Shown here: positions 1-9,923 of the stretch, in pieces
How positions within the stretch are numbered: the stretch's first letter is position 1
Layout of the letters: the number at the start of each line of letters is the position of its first letter
Source: an uncultured Acidobacteriota bacterium
GTDB taxonomy: Bacteria > Acidobacteriota > Vicinamibacteria > Vicinamibacterales > CAVVIG01
NCBI GenBank assembly: GCA_963757655.1
Contig: CAVWSQ010000006.1
Span: forward strand, 293,356 to 357,355
Reading direction: 5' to 3'
DNA length: 64,000 nucleotides
Made by a program: the position numbers and the translations under genes
Notes under the pieces: generated by a model
Told to the model about the DNA's origin: nothing
What the model saw: the letters and a program-made list of their open reading frames with translations, nothing else
Database searches by the model: none

Positions 1-2
1 GC

Positions 3-455
3 GTCGTCAACGTCGAGCCCAAGATCGTCACCGCGGTGCCGGGCGTCTGCGAGATCTCGCTGGATCAGCGGGCGCTCAACGCGGATGTCCTCGCGGCCAT
101 GCTGCAAGACGCCCGCGCCGCCGCGGAACGCGCGGCCCAGGCCAACAACGTCGCGGTCGAGTGGCGCCAGCTGTGGCGGATCGAGCCCCGCCCGTTCGAC
201 CCGGCGCTGATCCGCCTGTGCGAAGAGGCGGTGCGCGAGGAAACCGGCGACGCGCCTCGCCTGCCCTCGGGACCGCTCCACGATGCCGCCGAGATGGTGC
301 CGCACATGCCGGTCGTGATGATGTTCGCCTATTCATCCAACGGCCTCTCGCACTGCAAGGAAGAGGACACGCCGGGACCGCACCTCGAGGCCTCCATTCG
401 CGCCTACCTTCGTCTGGTGCAGAAGACCGTCGCGCACGTGGCCGCGCAGCCGTGA
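3..455 (+). CDS. Zn-dependent amidohydrolase (M20; allantoate amidohydrolase/N-carbamoyl-L-amino acid hydrolase family), 5'-partial
   Basis: Frame open from the window start; SGPLHDA and GLSHCKEE match the C-terminal SGAGHDA / GxSHxxxE motifs of this family. Confidence 0.8.
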   Translation, partial: VVNVEPKIVTAVPGVCEISLDQRALNADVLAAMLQDARAAAERAAQANNVAVEWRQLWRIEPRPFDPALIRLCEEAVREETGDAPRLPSGPLHDAAEMVPHMPVVMMFAYSSNGLSHCKEEDTPGPHLEASIRAYLRLVQKTVAHVAAQP

Positions 456-502
456 ACCTTGCCGGGGGCGCCTTCGTATAGACTGTCTACAGGAGGCATC
501 CG

Positions 503-1345
503 ATGATCGCGGTAACGCTCGCGCTTGGCGCGCTTCTCGTTTCACCGGGCTGGGTGGCGGAACAGCAGGCGGCCGGGTCGCCGCTGGTGCTGTTCCAGAT
601 CGGCGATCGCGCCGACTTCGACGCCGGCCACATTCCCAACGCGCAGTTCCTCGCGCTCAGCGACATCTCGGATCCGGACCCCACGCTGCATCTACAGATG
701 GCGTCGATTGACCGCCTGCGGACGCTGTTTGCGTCGCGCGGCGTCAGCGATAGCTCTCGAGTCGTGATCTACTTCGGCACCGATTGGCTCACGCCAAGCG
801 CTCGGGTCATGGTCGCGCTCGACTACCTCGGTCTCGGCGACCGTGCCTTCTATCTCGATGGCGGGCTGCCGGCGTGGAAGGCGGAGGGACGCCCGATCAC
901 CAAGGACGAACCGCAGGTCGCGCCTGGCACGCTCACGCCGCATCCGCAGCCATCGGTGATCGTCGACGCCGCCTGGATTCAGGCGCGCCTGCACGATCCG
1001 GCGGTCGCGATCATCGATGCGCGCGCCACCGGCTTCTACACCGGTGAGCAGTCCGGCCGCTACCCCCGTCAGGGACATATCGCGGGCGCGGCCAGCCTCC
1101 CCTACGATTCGCTCACCGATCCATCAGTCAAGCTGAAATCTGAAGCCGTGCTGCGCGCGGCGTTCGCGGCCGCCGGCGCCAGGCCGGGCGGCGAGGTCGT
1201 CACCTACTGCCACATCGGCCAGCAGGCGAGCGCGCTCTACCTGGCGGCCAGGGCACTCGGCTACCGCGTGCATCTTTACGACGGCTCGTTCGAGGAATGG
1301 TCGGCGCGTCCCGAGCTGCCGGTCGAGAAGGGCGACAAGAAGTAG
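503..1345 (+). CDS. Tandem-rhodanese sulfurtransferase with N-terminal signal peptide
   Basis: GHIPNA, LDGGLPAW, GHIAGA, active-site YCHIGQQA, LYDGSFEEW; SD AGGAGG upstream. Confidence 0.88.
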   Translation: MIAVTLALGALLVSPGWVAEQQAAGSPLVLFQIGDRADFDAGHIPNAQFLALSDISDPDPTLHLQMASIDRLRTLFASRGVSDSSRVVIYFGTDWLTPSARVMVALDYLGLGDRAFYLDGGLPAWKAEGRPITKDEPQVAPGTLTPHPQPSVIVDAAWIQARLHDPAVAIIDARATGFYTGEQSGRYPRQGHIAGAASLPYDSLTDPSVKLKSEAVLRAAFAAAGARPGGEVVTYCHIGQQASALYLAARALGYRVHLYDGSFEEWSARPELPVEKGDKK

Positions 1346-1358
1346 CAACAACGCCGGC

Positions 1359-1364
1359 TATAAT
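1359..1364 (+). promoter_or_regulatory. Candidate -10 box (TATAAT) for the small membrane protein gene at 1385
   Basis: TATAAT followed by a short leader containing AGGAGG. Confidence 0.5.
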
Positions 1365-1384
1365 CACGCGCAGGAGGCGGACCA

Positions 1385-1558
1385 ATGCGCGGAGTGTGCT
1401 GGGCGTTGATCGGAGTTGCGGCGCTCGCGTTCTGTGTCGGCACCTTCGCCGCCTTCACACACCAGGTCATCCTGATCGAGCCGGTCGGCTACTGGCGCGG
1501 CGCTGTCGGATTCCTGCTCTTCGCAATCGCATTCCGGATGATGGAGAGTGGAAGATAG
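1385..1558 (+). CDS. Small 57-aa two-helix membrane protein (absent from the ORF track)
   Basis: AGGAGG SD then ATG; MRGVCWALIGVAALAFCVGTFAAFTHQVILIEPVGYWRGAVGFLLFAIAFRMMESGR; fills the intergenic gap. Confidence 0.7.
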   Translation: MRGVCWALIGVAALAFCVGTFAAFTHQVILIEPVGYWRGAVGFLLFAIAFRMMESGR

Positions 1559-1595
1559 CGCCTCAGCGCTTCGCTTCAGCCCTCAGCCCTAAAGC

Positions 1596-4500
1596 CTATT
1601 CCACTCTCCCTCCCGCCGAGCTCTTGCTGGCGGCCCCGAGTTGTTTCAACAGCTCCGCGACCGCGGCATCGAGCTGCGCATCCTTGCCGGTATAGCTCTC
1701 TCCAACCGGCCGGATTACCGGCACGTCGACTGCGCGCGGGTGCATCTCCATCGGTGTGCCGTCGCTCGCCAGAATCTTCGAGGCGGGCATGCGCAGAACC
1801 GATCCGTCGATCAGCGTGACGCCGCCGGTGAAGATGATCCAGCCGGCGGTCGGTTCGCCGACCACCTTGCCGATTTTCAGCGAGCGATACCCTTCGGTGA
1901 AGTCTTCGGCGTCGGACAACGAATGCTGGTTGGTGACGAGGATCGTCGGCAGCTCCAGCGCGCGCTGTCCCAGCTGCGACCGGGATGACACCGATGGATA
2001 TCCCCGCGATGTCATGGTCATGTAGCCGCGGCGGGCAAAGACGTCGATGGCGTAGACGTTGACGAAGCCGCCGTTGTTGTTGCGGACGTCGACGACCACG
2101 CCCTGGCGCGAGTGGTTGTCGGCGTCGAGATCGATGTGCAGCTGCGCGAGTGCGTTGGCGGACATGTCGAACATGTGAACGTAGCCGAGGCGCCCGCCGC
2201 TCGCCTTCGCCACGTACTCACGCCGCTGGTCGACCCACTGGCGATAGCGCAGCGCCTTTTCCGTCGCCTGATCGATCGGTTTGACGACGACGTCGCGCGG
2301 CGCGGCGGCGGGGGCAGCCGCAATCCCCAGCGTGATGCGCTTGCCGATGGTGTGATCGAGCAGCTGGTCGAGGCTGCTGTGCGCGCCGATCGGACGGCCG
2401 TCGATCTGCACGAGGTAGTCGCCCCGCTTCAGCCCGGCCACCACCGCCGGACCGAGCGGCACCAGCGATGCGATCTTCAGCCGGCCACTGGCGTCGTACT
2501 CGCCGCGATCGAAATCGGCTGCCAGCCGGCCGAGCGTTGTCCGGGTCGCGGACGACGGCGCCGAAATGCCCATGTGCGACGCGTTCAGTTCGCCGAGCAT
2601 CATCGAGATGATCCGGCGCATCTCGTCCGGCGTGCGCGCGCCCGCCACGCGCGGCTCGTAGACGGTGCGCACCGCGTTCCAGTCGACGCCGTTCATGCGC
2701 TCGTCGAAAAACTGATCGCGCAGGTAGGTCCAGGCCTGCCGGAACGCCTCGATCTTCTCACGCGAGAAGTCGACGTCGAGCTCGGCGGCGATGCCAATTG
2801 CCTTCGGCTCGCGCTTCTCGAGCGTCACGCTGAACGGGCGGCCGCGATCGAGATAGTAGATCTCCTTGCTGTCGGCGGTGAACTGCGCGCTGCGTTTGGC
2901 GCCCGGCGTGGAAGTCAGCTGGCGCGCAATCGCCGGTTCCTTCGACAGCTCGTCGATGGGAAACACGTAGAGGTTCTGCTGCCCCACCGCCCTCGCGGTC
3001 AGCAGCAACCACTTGCCGTCGGGGCTGATCTCCTGCCGCGCGACGTCCACGCCGACCGGCAGCGAGGTGGCGCGCCGGCGGATGTCGTCGTACACGATCT
3101 GCAGCGGCCGAAGACGGACCGCATCTGCCGCGGGTGGCGCGGTCGGCGCCGGAGCGCCGGCAGGCCGTCCCGGATCCGGAGCCGGCTTTGGCTGCTCCTC
3201 CTTGAACAGATCGCGGAACTGGTCCTCGCGAAACTTCGGCGTGCGCGGCGTCAGATCGACGCGGACCACATCGCCCGGCTCCGTGCGCTGCGAGGTCGCG
3301 AACGTCAGATAGGTGCCGTCGGGGCTCCAGGCCAGCGATCCGGCATTGCTGTTGGCGAGAAAACTGGCGGCTCGCGGCTCGCCCCCCGCGACGGCCACAA
3401 TCTGCACGTTCTGAAACGCCTTGGTGCCCGCGGTCAGGTAGGCCACGAAGCGGGAGTCGGGCGACCAGACGAAGTCGCGCATGTCGACGAACGGCGGCGA
3501 GTCGAAGATGCCGGTGGCCAGCAGCTTCTCCTGCCTGGACACCGGATCAATCACGCGCAACTCCTTCGAGTTGCGCTCGAACGCGATCCACTTGCCGTCC
3601 GGCGAATATCGCGGCACCTCGTCCCGGCCAGTGCCGCTGGTGAGTTGCGTCTCCGTGCCGGCACCGAAGTCGTAGACGAACAGATGATTGGTGCCGTCAC
3701 GGTCCGACTTGTAGGCCAGCCGCCGGCTGTCGGGAGCCCAGGCGAGCTCACCTTCTTCGCCGGTGGTCTGCGTCACGCGCACGGCGTCGCCGCCGTCCCG
3801 GGCCGAGATCGAGAACACTTCGCCGTGGACGGCGAACGCCGCCTTCTTGCCATCCGGCGACACGGCGAGCTCCTGGAGCTGATCGGTGAAGGTGCGATGC
3901 TCGATGCCGGTGGCCGCCGGCGCACCACGCAGCGTGATCGCCACCTCGTGCGACTGTCCGGTCGCAGTATCGACAGTCCAGATGCCGAAGTCGCGCTCGA
4001 ACGCGATGGTACGGCCATCCCTCGAGATCGACGGCCACAGCACGCGACCGTCCTTGAAGGTGGTGACCGCTTTCGCGCCTGCCTGCGTGTCGCCCTGCAC
4101 GCCGAGGCTCGAGATGGTCCAGATGTTCTGGGCGCCGCTGCGGTCGGACATGAAGTACAGCCCTTTGCCGCCGGCCGCCCACATCGGCCACGCATCTTTG
4201 GCGCCGCCTCTGGTGATCGGCTCGTAGGTCGGGGTCGCGGGCGCGCCCAGGCCGGCGCCGATGCCCTTGACGATCCAGATTTCACTCTCATCGAGGTGGC
4301 TGTGTCCCTTGCGCCACCACTGCGAGCCGGCGTTGGCGCGGGCGGTAATCGCGACCGCGTCGCCGCCCGGCGACGCCGCCGCGAAGTATTCGGTGGTATA
4401 GCGGTCGGCGGCGACGGGCATCGGCGTGCCGCCGTCCACAACGACGCGGTAGACGTCGAGCATGCCGGAGATCTCGTGGCTGTTGGATTGGAACAGCACC

Positions 4501-4898
4501 GACTGTCCATCCGCCGACCACCCGCTCACGAGCTCGGCGGCATCGTCGAAGGTCAGCCGCGCCAGGTCACCGCTCGCGAGCGTCAACACGTAGACGTCGC
4601 CGTTGCCGGTCCGCGTCGACGTGAACGCGAGGCGCGTGCCGTCCGGGGAAAACAGGGGACGTGATTCGGTCGCGGGATGCGACACCAGCAGCCGCGCGTC
4701 ACCGCCGTGAGCCGGCACTTCCCAGATGTCGCCGCCACTCACAAAGGCGATGGTGGCGCCGTCGGGTGAGATGCCGGGTTCGGCCAACGATGGCAGCGGT
4801 GTCGAGCTCCTGGCCGGCGTTTGAGCGACAACGGCTGGCCTGACGGCGGGCGCGGTCAAGGACGCCGCGAGCGCGATGACGAACGCCAACTTCTTCAT
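1596..4898 (-). CDS. Tricorn-like S41 peptidase (PD40 beta-propellers, PDZ, S41 catalytic domain), secreted
   Basis: Signal peptide MKKLAFVIALAAS; repeated SPDG propeller motifs; GELNASH, DVRNNNGG, SLSDAEDF, GEPTAGW. Confidence 0.9.
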   Translation of the reverse strand: MKKLAFVIALAASLTAPAVRPAVVAQTPARSSTPLPSLAEPGISPDGATIAFVSGGDIWEVPAHGGDARLLVSHPATESRPLFSPDGTRLAFTSTRTGNGDVYVLTLASGDLARLTFDDAAELVSGWSADGQSVLFQSNSHEISGMLDVYRVVVDGGTPMPVAADRYTTEYFAAASPGGDAVAITARANAGSQWWRKGHSHLDESEIWIVKGIGAGLGAPATPTYEPITRGGAKDAWPMWAAGGKGLYFMSDRSGAQNIWTISSLGVQGDTQAGAKAVTTFKDGRVLWPSISRDGRTIAFERDFGIWTVDTATGQSHEVAITLRGAPAATGIEHRTFTDQLQELAVSPDGKKAAFAVHGEVFSISARDGGDAVRVTQTTGEEGELAWAPDSRRLAYKSDRDGTNHLFVYDFGAGTETQLTSGTGRDEVPRYSPDGKWIAFERNSKELRVIDPVSRQEKLLATGIFDSPPFVDMRDFVWSPDSRFVAYLTAGTKAFQNVQIVAVAGGEPRAASFLANSNAGSLAWSPDGTYLTFATSQRTEPGDVVRVDLTPRTPKFREDQFRDLFKEEQPKPAPDPGRPAGAPAPTAPPAADAVRLRPLQIVYDDIRRRATSLPVGVDVARQEISPDGKWLLLTARAVGQQNLYVFPIDELSKEPAIARQLTSTPGAKRSAQFTADSKEIYYLDRGRPFSVTLEKREPKAIGIAAELDVDFSREKIEAFRQAWTYLRDQFFDERMNGVDWNAVRTVYEPRVAGARTPDEMRRIISMMLGELNASHMGISAPSSATRTTLGRLAADFDRGEYDASGRLKIASLVPLGPAVVAGLKRGDYLVQIDGRPIGAHSSLDQLLDHTIGKRITLGIAAAPAAAPRDVVVKPIDQATEKALRYRQWVDQRREYVAKASGGRLGYVHMFDMSANALAQLHIDLDADNHSRQGVVVDVRNNNGGFVNVYAIDVFARRGYMTMTSRGYPSVSSRSQLGQRALELPTILVTNQHSLSDAEDFTEGYRSLKIGKVVGEPTAGWIIFTGGVTLIDGSVLRMPASKILASDGTPMEMHPRAVDVPVIRPVGESYTGKDAQLDAAVAELLKQLGAASKSSAGGRVE

Positions 4899-4980
4899 AA
4901 GCCCTCTGGTTCCGTGGCCGGCGATTGCCAACCAGAACGCATCTCCGGTTGTGGCACTTCCCTGCTTCGGCCGTCGCCGG

Positions 4981-5721
4981 TCAGGGCGCGGCGGACGCCG
5001 GCGCGTGCGGCTGGGGATCGCCGACGTGCTGTCCGTTGATGGTCTGGTACTCGTAGGTCATCTTGAAGGTGGAGCGCCCCGCGATCAGCACGTGTGCCAC
5101 CGATTCGATCGCGACCGGGACGCGCACCCCGCCCTTGCGCTCGTATCGCCGCACCACGTCGACGCGGCGGGTCCAGAACGACGGCGTCTTCGATAGCCGT
5201 CCCTCGATGCGCGACAACTCGCCGTCGCTGGGCTGCACGAAGATGGCGCCTTCCACCAGCAGCACATCCTTCCGCTTCGGCTTCACGCCGACTTCGGTCA
5301 GCCCGTCGAGCGACGCCGCGCCATCGTCGAACAGGTAGTTGTCGCGGTTGAGCGACGACTTCTGCGGCTCGCGGGCCGCCCAGATCTTCTGCTCGCCCTC
5401 GAGCGCCGCGCGCAGGACCTTGGAGCGGATGTAGCCGGAGCCGCCTTCATCCACGATCTGAAAGCGGAAGCCGTTGACGTGATCGTATTCGGTCCAGGCG
5501 AGCATCCATGCGCTCTTGTTGAATTTGGGGTTCTCCGCCTCGAGGCGGCGCAGCGCCCGGTACTCGACCGGCGGCTCTTCACCACGGGCGAGAAACCGCT
5601 GCACGACGGCGGGCTGGCTGGGTTGAGCCGACCGGCCCTGGGGACCAGCCGGCGCGGCATGAAGAGTCGACACGGCGCACGCCACGGCGAGGCCGGCGGC
5701 GATCCGGATGAGACGCATCAT
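4981..5721 (-). CDS. Secreted hypothetical protein, paralog of 5788-6513
   Basis: Signal peptide; shares ALRxLEAxNxKFxKSAWM and EGRLxKTPSFWT blocks with its neighbour. Confidence 0.8.
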   Translation of the reverse strand: MMRLIRIAAGLAVACAVSTLHAAPAGPQGRSAQPSQPAVVQRFLARGEEPPVEYRALRRLEAENPKFNKSAWMLAWTEYDHVNGFRFQIVDEGGSGYIRSKVLRAALEGEQKIWAAREPQKSSLNRDNYLFDDGAASLDGLTEVGVKPKRKDVLLVEGAIFVQPSDGELSRIEGRLSKTPSFWTRRVDVVRRYERKGGVRVPVAIESVAHVLIAGRSTFKMTYEYQTINGQHVGDPQPHAPASAAP

Positions 5722-5787
5722 GGGCGAATTATAGGACGAGGCTTCCTGGGCGCGATAACGAAGGTGCGCGGTTTCGCCTGAAAAAAA

Positions 5788-6513
5788 TCAGCGGGAATTG
5801 AGGCGCGCCAAGGCCGGCGGCTGGGGGTTGCCCACATGCTGGCCGTTGATGCTCTCGTAGTCGTAGGTCATGCGGAACGTCGAGACCCCCGCAATCCGCA
5901 CGTTGGCCACCGCATCGAGCGCGGTCGGCATGCGAAAGCCGGCAATACGCTGATACCAGCGTACGATCTCGACCCGTTTCGTCCAGAAGGATGGCGTTTT
6001 CGTAAGCCGTCCCTCCATCCGCACCAGCTCGCCGTCGTCTGGGTTGAGGAAGATCGAACCGTCCACCATCAGCAAACCGCGACGGCGAGGCTTGACCGCC
6101 AGCGATGCGAGGCCGTCCGGCTGCGCACCGCGATCCTGGAACACATAGTTGGCCGGCGTGAGGGCGCTTTCATCCAGCGTGCCCGCCAGCCACATGTCGC
6201 GTTCGTGATCGAGCGAGGCGCGAAACACTTTCGAGCGGATGGAGCCGGCGCCGTCTTCGTCGACGATCTGATAACGGAAGCCCGAGGCGTCGGCCTCGGT
6301 CCAGACGTCCATCCACGCGCTCTTGTCGAACTTTTCGTTGCGCGCCTCGAGATGCCGGAGCGCGCGGAATTGCGTCGGCGTCGGATCGCCGAGCGCAAGG
6401 AAACGCTGGAGCACGGCCGGCGATGCGGTGGTGGGGCCTGCTGCGCCGACATGCGCGGCCAGGAGTGCCGCCACCGAGAGAACCGACAGGCTTGAGCCGA
6501 GCCCCCGCGTCAT
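5788..6513 (-). CDS. Secreted hypothetical protein, paralog of 4981-5721
   Basis: Signal peptide; colinear similarity to the adjacent gene. Confidence 0.8.
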   Translation of the reverse strand: MTRGLGSSLSVLSVAALLAAHVGAAGPTTASPAVLQRFLALGDPTPTQFRALRHLEARNEKFDKSAWMDVWTEADASGFRYQIVDEDGAGSIRSKVFRASLDHERDMWLAGTLDESALTPANYVFQDRGAQPDGLASLAVKPRRRGLLMVDGSIFLNPDDGELVRMEGRLTKTPSFWTKRVEIVRWYQRIAGFRMPTALDAVANVRIAGVSTFRMTYDYESINGQHVGNPQPPALARLNSR

Positions 6514-6598
6514 GCCCGGATCGAAGCAAGTTCCGGGCCCGGATTGCGTTGTGTCCCCAGGCGCAGCCTGCCGCGCTCACTCAACCAGCAAAGGAGTG

Positions 6599-7732
6599 CT
6601 ATGGAAGGCGTCGAAGCGCGTTGCGCGCCTCGAGCACGCGCGCCGTGGCCTCTGCAGGAGTCGACGCGAGCGCCGTGAGGTGGCCCATCTTGCGGCCAGG
6701 TCTGGGCGAGGACTTACCGTACAGGTGCAGCTTGACATCGGACAGACCGAGGGCGGCCGACCAGTCGGGCTCGCCGCTTTCCCAGATGTCACCCAAGATG
6801 TTGGCCATCGCCGCCGCGGGGCGCAACATTTCCGCCGAACCGAGCGGCAGGCCGCAGACCGCGCGCAACTGTTGTTCGAACTGGCTCGTGCGGCAGGCGT
6901 CGAACGTCAGATGACCAGAATTGTGCGGCCGGGGCGCCAGCTCGTTGACGAGCAGGCGACCGCCAGTCACGAAGAACTCGACGCACAGCACGCCGACGAA
7001 ATCGAGCGCCTCCATCACCTGGCGCGTCACCTCCACAGCCTGTGCGGCTGTCGTCTCCGGCACACTCGCCGGCGAGACCGAGACATCGAGGATGTGCCGT
7101 GCGTGGGTGTTCTCGATCGGCCCGAAGTGCGACCATTCGCCATCGACTCCACGCGCGCCAATCACCGAAATCTCGCACTCGAGATCGACAAACGCTTCGA
7201 GCACGGCTTCGCGCCGGCCGAGCGCGTCCCACGCCGGCGACAGATCCTCGACGCGGTCGATCCGCACCTGGCCCTTTCCGTCGTAGCCCGACGTCGCGGT
7301 CTTGAGCACCGCCGGACAACCCACCGCGAGCATCGCCGCCCCACGGTCCGCGTCGCTTCGAATGGCGGCGAACGGCGCGACTGGCAGGCCATGGGACGCG
7401 AGGAACGACTTCTCCTGCAGGCGATGCTGGGCGATCGCCAGCGAACGGCCGTTGGGACGCACGATAGCGTGCTTCTCCGCCTCGGCGACCGCCGCGGCCG
7501 AGACGTTCTCGAACTCGAACGTGACGACGTCTACAGCCTGCGCAAATGCGCGGACGGCCGCGAGGTCGTCGTACGGCGCGTTGATCTCGACGTCGGCGAT
7601 TTGTCCGGTCGGAGTGTCATTGGCCGGGGCCAGCGTGTGAACGCGGTAGCCGAGACGGCGCGCCGCCATCGCGAACATGCGTCCGAGCTGACCGCCGCCC
7701 AGGACGCCGACCGCAGAGCCGGGAAGGATCAT
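6599..7732 (-). CDS. purK: N5-carboxyaminoimidazole ribonucleotide synthase
   Basis: GGGQLGRM, TFEFENV, GYDGKGQ, NELAPRPHNSGH, LHLYGK...RKMGH; next to purE. Confidence 0.97.
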   Translation of the reverse strand: MILPGSAVGVLGGGQLGRMFAMAARRLGYRVHTLAPANDTPTGQIADVEINAPYDDLAAVRAFAQAVDVVTFEFENVSAAAVAEAEKHAIVRPNGRSLAIAQHRLQEKSFLASHGLPVAPFAAIRSDADRGAAMLAVGCPAVLKTATSGYDGKGQVRIDRVEDLSPAWDALGRREAVLEAFVDLECEISVIGARGVDGEWSHFGPIENTHARHILDVSVSPASVPETTAAQAVEVTRQVMEALDFVGVLCVEFFVTGGRLLVNELAPRPHNSGHLTFDACRTSQFEQQLRAVCGLPLGSAEMLRPAAAMANILGDIWESGEPDWSAALGLSDVKLHLYGKSSPRPGRKMGHLTALASTPAEATARVLEARNALRRLP

Positions 7733-7790
7733 GAATAGTGCGGACCGGTCATTCCGGACCGCGGACTCGAGGGCGGATGCGATATCCCAT

Positions 7791-7897
7791 CAATCTGCCA
7801 ACTGCAATCCGCAATCTGCAATCCGCAATCTGCAATCCGCAATCTGCAATCCGAAATCCGCAATCCGCAATCTGCAATCTGCAATCTGCAATCCCAA
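7791..7897. repeat. Heptamer tandem repeat CAATC(C/T)G, about 13-15 copies
   Basis: Directly visible array between purE and purK. Confidence 0.95.
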
Positions 7898-7902
7898 CTC
7901 TC

Positions 7903-8424
7903 TCATACCGTCTGCCGTCTCACGTCCGCGGCGAGCGTCTCGCGATAGCCGACCAGTCGGGCGCGCAGCTCGGGCCGCGAGGTTGCCAGAATCGCGATCG
8001 CCAGGAGGCCGGCGTTGGCGGCGCCGGAGGGCCCGATCGCGACCGTCGCCACCGGCACGCCCTTCGGCATCTGTACGATCGAGAGCAGCGAGTCGAGACC
8101 GCTGAGCGCGGCGCTCTGCACCGGCACGCCGATCACGGGCAGCACGGTCTGGGCCGCGACCATGCCGGGCAGATGCGCGGCGCCGCCCGCACCGGCGACG
8201 ATCACCTCCAGCCCGCGGCCTGCCGCGGTCGTCGCGTATTCGGCCATCCACGCCGGGGTCCGATGTGCCGAGACGACCAGGCATTCGTGCGGAATCCCGA
8301 ATTCGGTCAGGATCGCCGCCGCTGCGCTCATCGTGTCCCAATCGGACTTGCTGCCCATGATCACGCCGACCAGGCAGCGTGGCTGGCCCAGGGCCGAGGA
8401 GGTTTCCGAGGATGTGCCGGACAC
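7903..8424 (-). CDS. purE: N5-CAIR mutase
   Basis: [36 protein letters not shown]. Confidence 0.97.
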   Translation of the reverse strand: MSGTSSETSSALGQPRCLVGVIMGSKSDWDTMSAAAAILTEFGIPHECLVVSAHRTPAWMAEYATTAAGRGLEVIVAGAGGAAHLPGMVAAQTVLPVIGVPVQSAALSGLDSLLSIVQMPKGVPVATVAIGPSGAANAGLLAIAILATSRPELRARLVGYRETLAADVRRQTV

Positions 8425-8523
8425 GCGGGTAGTTTAGCCGTTCCTCTGCTGGCTCTGCTCGCCGCACCTTGCCTCGTGACCGGTGATCCATCTCTGCCGG
8501 CCTCCGAGGGGTAGAATCGCGAG

Positions 8524-9876
8524 ATGAAGCGCGCTGCCCTTCTCGTCATCCTCGCGCTCGCGCTCGCGGCGCCGGCCGCCGCGCAGACGCCCGCGGCTCC
8601 GCAGAAAATCGAGCTGGCCTACTCCCAGTTCACCCTCGCCAACGGGCTGCGCGTGATTCTCCATGAGGATCACAGCGTACCGATGGTCACCGTCAACATG
8701 TGGTATCACGTCGGGTCCGCTCGCGAGCTGCCCAAACGCACCGGGTTCGCGCACCTGTTCGAGCACCTGATGTTCATGGGCTCGGGTCACGTCAAGCCGG
8801 GCCAGTTCGACGAATGGCTGGAAGCCGCCGGCGGCGACAACAACGGCTCGACCGAAAACGACCGCACCAACTACTGGATCAACGTGCCGTCGAATTCGCT
8901 CGAGCTCGCGCTGTTTCTCGAATCGGATCGAATGGGCTATCTGCTCGACGCGATGACGCCGAAATCGGTCGACGCGCAGCGCGACGTGGTCAAGAACGAG
9001 CGGCGGCAATCCTACGAGAACCGCCCCTACGGGATGGCCGACATCCTGCTCGGCGAGATGCTCTACCCCGCGGGACACCCCTACCACTGGCCGGTCATCG
9101 GCTACATGGACGACCTCTCCGCCGCGAGCTACGACGATGTGGTGGCGTTCTTCAAGAAATACTACGCGGCGTCGAACGCCAGCCTCGTCGTCGCCGGCGA
9201 TCTCGAGACCGCCACTGCGCGGAAGCTGATCGAGAAATGGTTCGGTGACGTGAAGCCGGGACCGGCCCCCGAGCCGATGACGATCCCTGGCGTCGTCCTC
9301 ACCGGCGTACAGAAGAGGACGATCACCGACCGTGTGCAGCTCCCTCGCCTCTATCTCGCATGGTTGACGCCGCGTCATTTCGAGCCTGGCGACGCCGCAC
9401 TCGACATGGTGGCCGACGTGCTCGCCGGCGGCAAGAACTCGCGGTTGTTCAAGCGGCTCGTCTACGACATGCAGATCGCGCAAGACGTCAGCGCGTCCCA
9501 GCAGTCGCAGGCGTTGTCGTCGTCTTTCCAGATCGTGGCCACGCCGCGGCCCGGGCACACTGTGGCCGAGCTGCAGAAGGTGATCGACGAGGAAATCGAG
9601 AAGCTGCAACGAGAGCCGCCGACCGCGCACGAGTTGGAGCGGTCGGTCAATCAGATCGAGGCGTCGTTCTACAACCGGATGGAGCGCGTCGGCGGCTTCG
9701 GCGGCAAGGCCGATCAGCTGAACGCGTACTACACCGCGACCGGCGATCCCGACTGGTTCAACGAGGATCTCGCGCGCTATCGCGCGCTCTCGGTCGGCGA
9801 CATCAGCGCCGCCGCCGTTCAGTTCCTGCCGCTCGATCGGCGGGTGGAGTTGGTCGTCGAACCTCAAAAACCGTAA
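8524..9876 (+). CDS. M16 (insulinase/pitrilysin family) zinc peptidase, catalytic subunit, secreted
   Basis: GFAHLFEHLMF (HxxEH), KNERRQ; signal peptide. Confidence 0.93.
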   Translation: MKRAALLVILALALAAPAAAQTPAAPQKIELAYSQFTLANGLRVILHEDHSVPMVTVNMWYHVGSARELPKRTGFAHLFEHLMFMGSGHVKPGQFDEWLEAAGGDNNGSTENDRTNYWINVPSNSLELALFLESDRMGYLLDAMTPKSVDAQRDVVKNERRQSYENRPYGMADILLGEMLYPAGHPYHWPVIGYMDDLSAASYDDVVAFFKKYYAASNASLVVAGDLETATARKLIEKWFGDVKPGPAPEPMTIPGVVLTGVQKRTITDRVQLPRLYLAWLTPRHFEPGDAALDMVADVLAGGKNSRLFKRLVYDMQIAQDVSASQQSQALSSSFQIVATPRPGHTVAELQKVIDEEIEKLQREPPTAHELERSVNQIEASFYNRMERVGGFGGKADQLNAYYTATGDPDWFNEDLARYRALSVGDISAAAVQFLPLDRRVELVVEPQKP

Positions 9877-9923
9877 GGGTCTGAGGACTCGGTTCGGGCT
9901 CGGAGTCCACGTCGGAGTTCAAT

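Noticed and set aside
2112-4664. Long antisense and alternate-frame ORFs (also 28590-31151, 57490-59778, 49905-50855, 41139-41672)
   Set aside because: Shadow ORFs or 5' over-extensions typical of high-GC codon bias; no motifs, and they overlap well-supported genes.
7731-8514. ORFs with SAIRNLQ / IADCRL repeats
   Set aside because: Translations of the heptamer DNA array, overlapping or antisense to purE.
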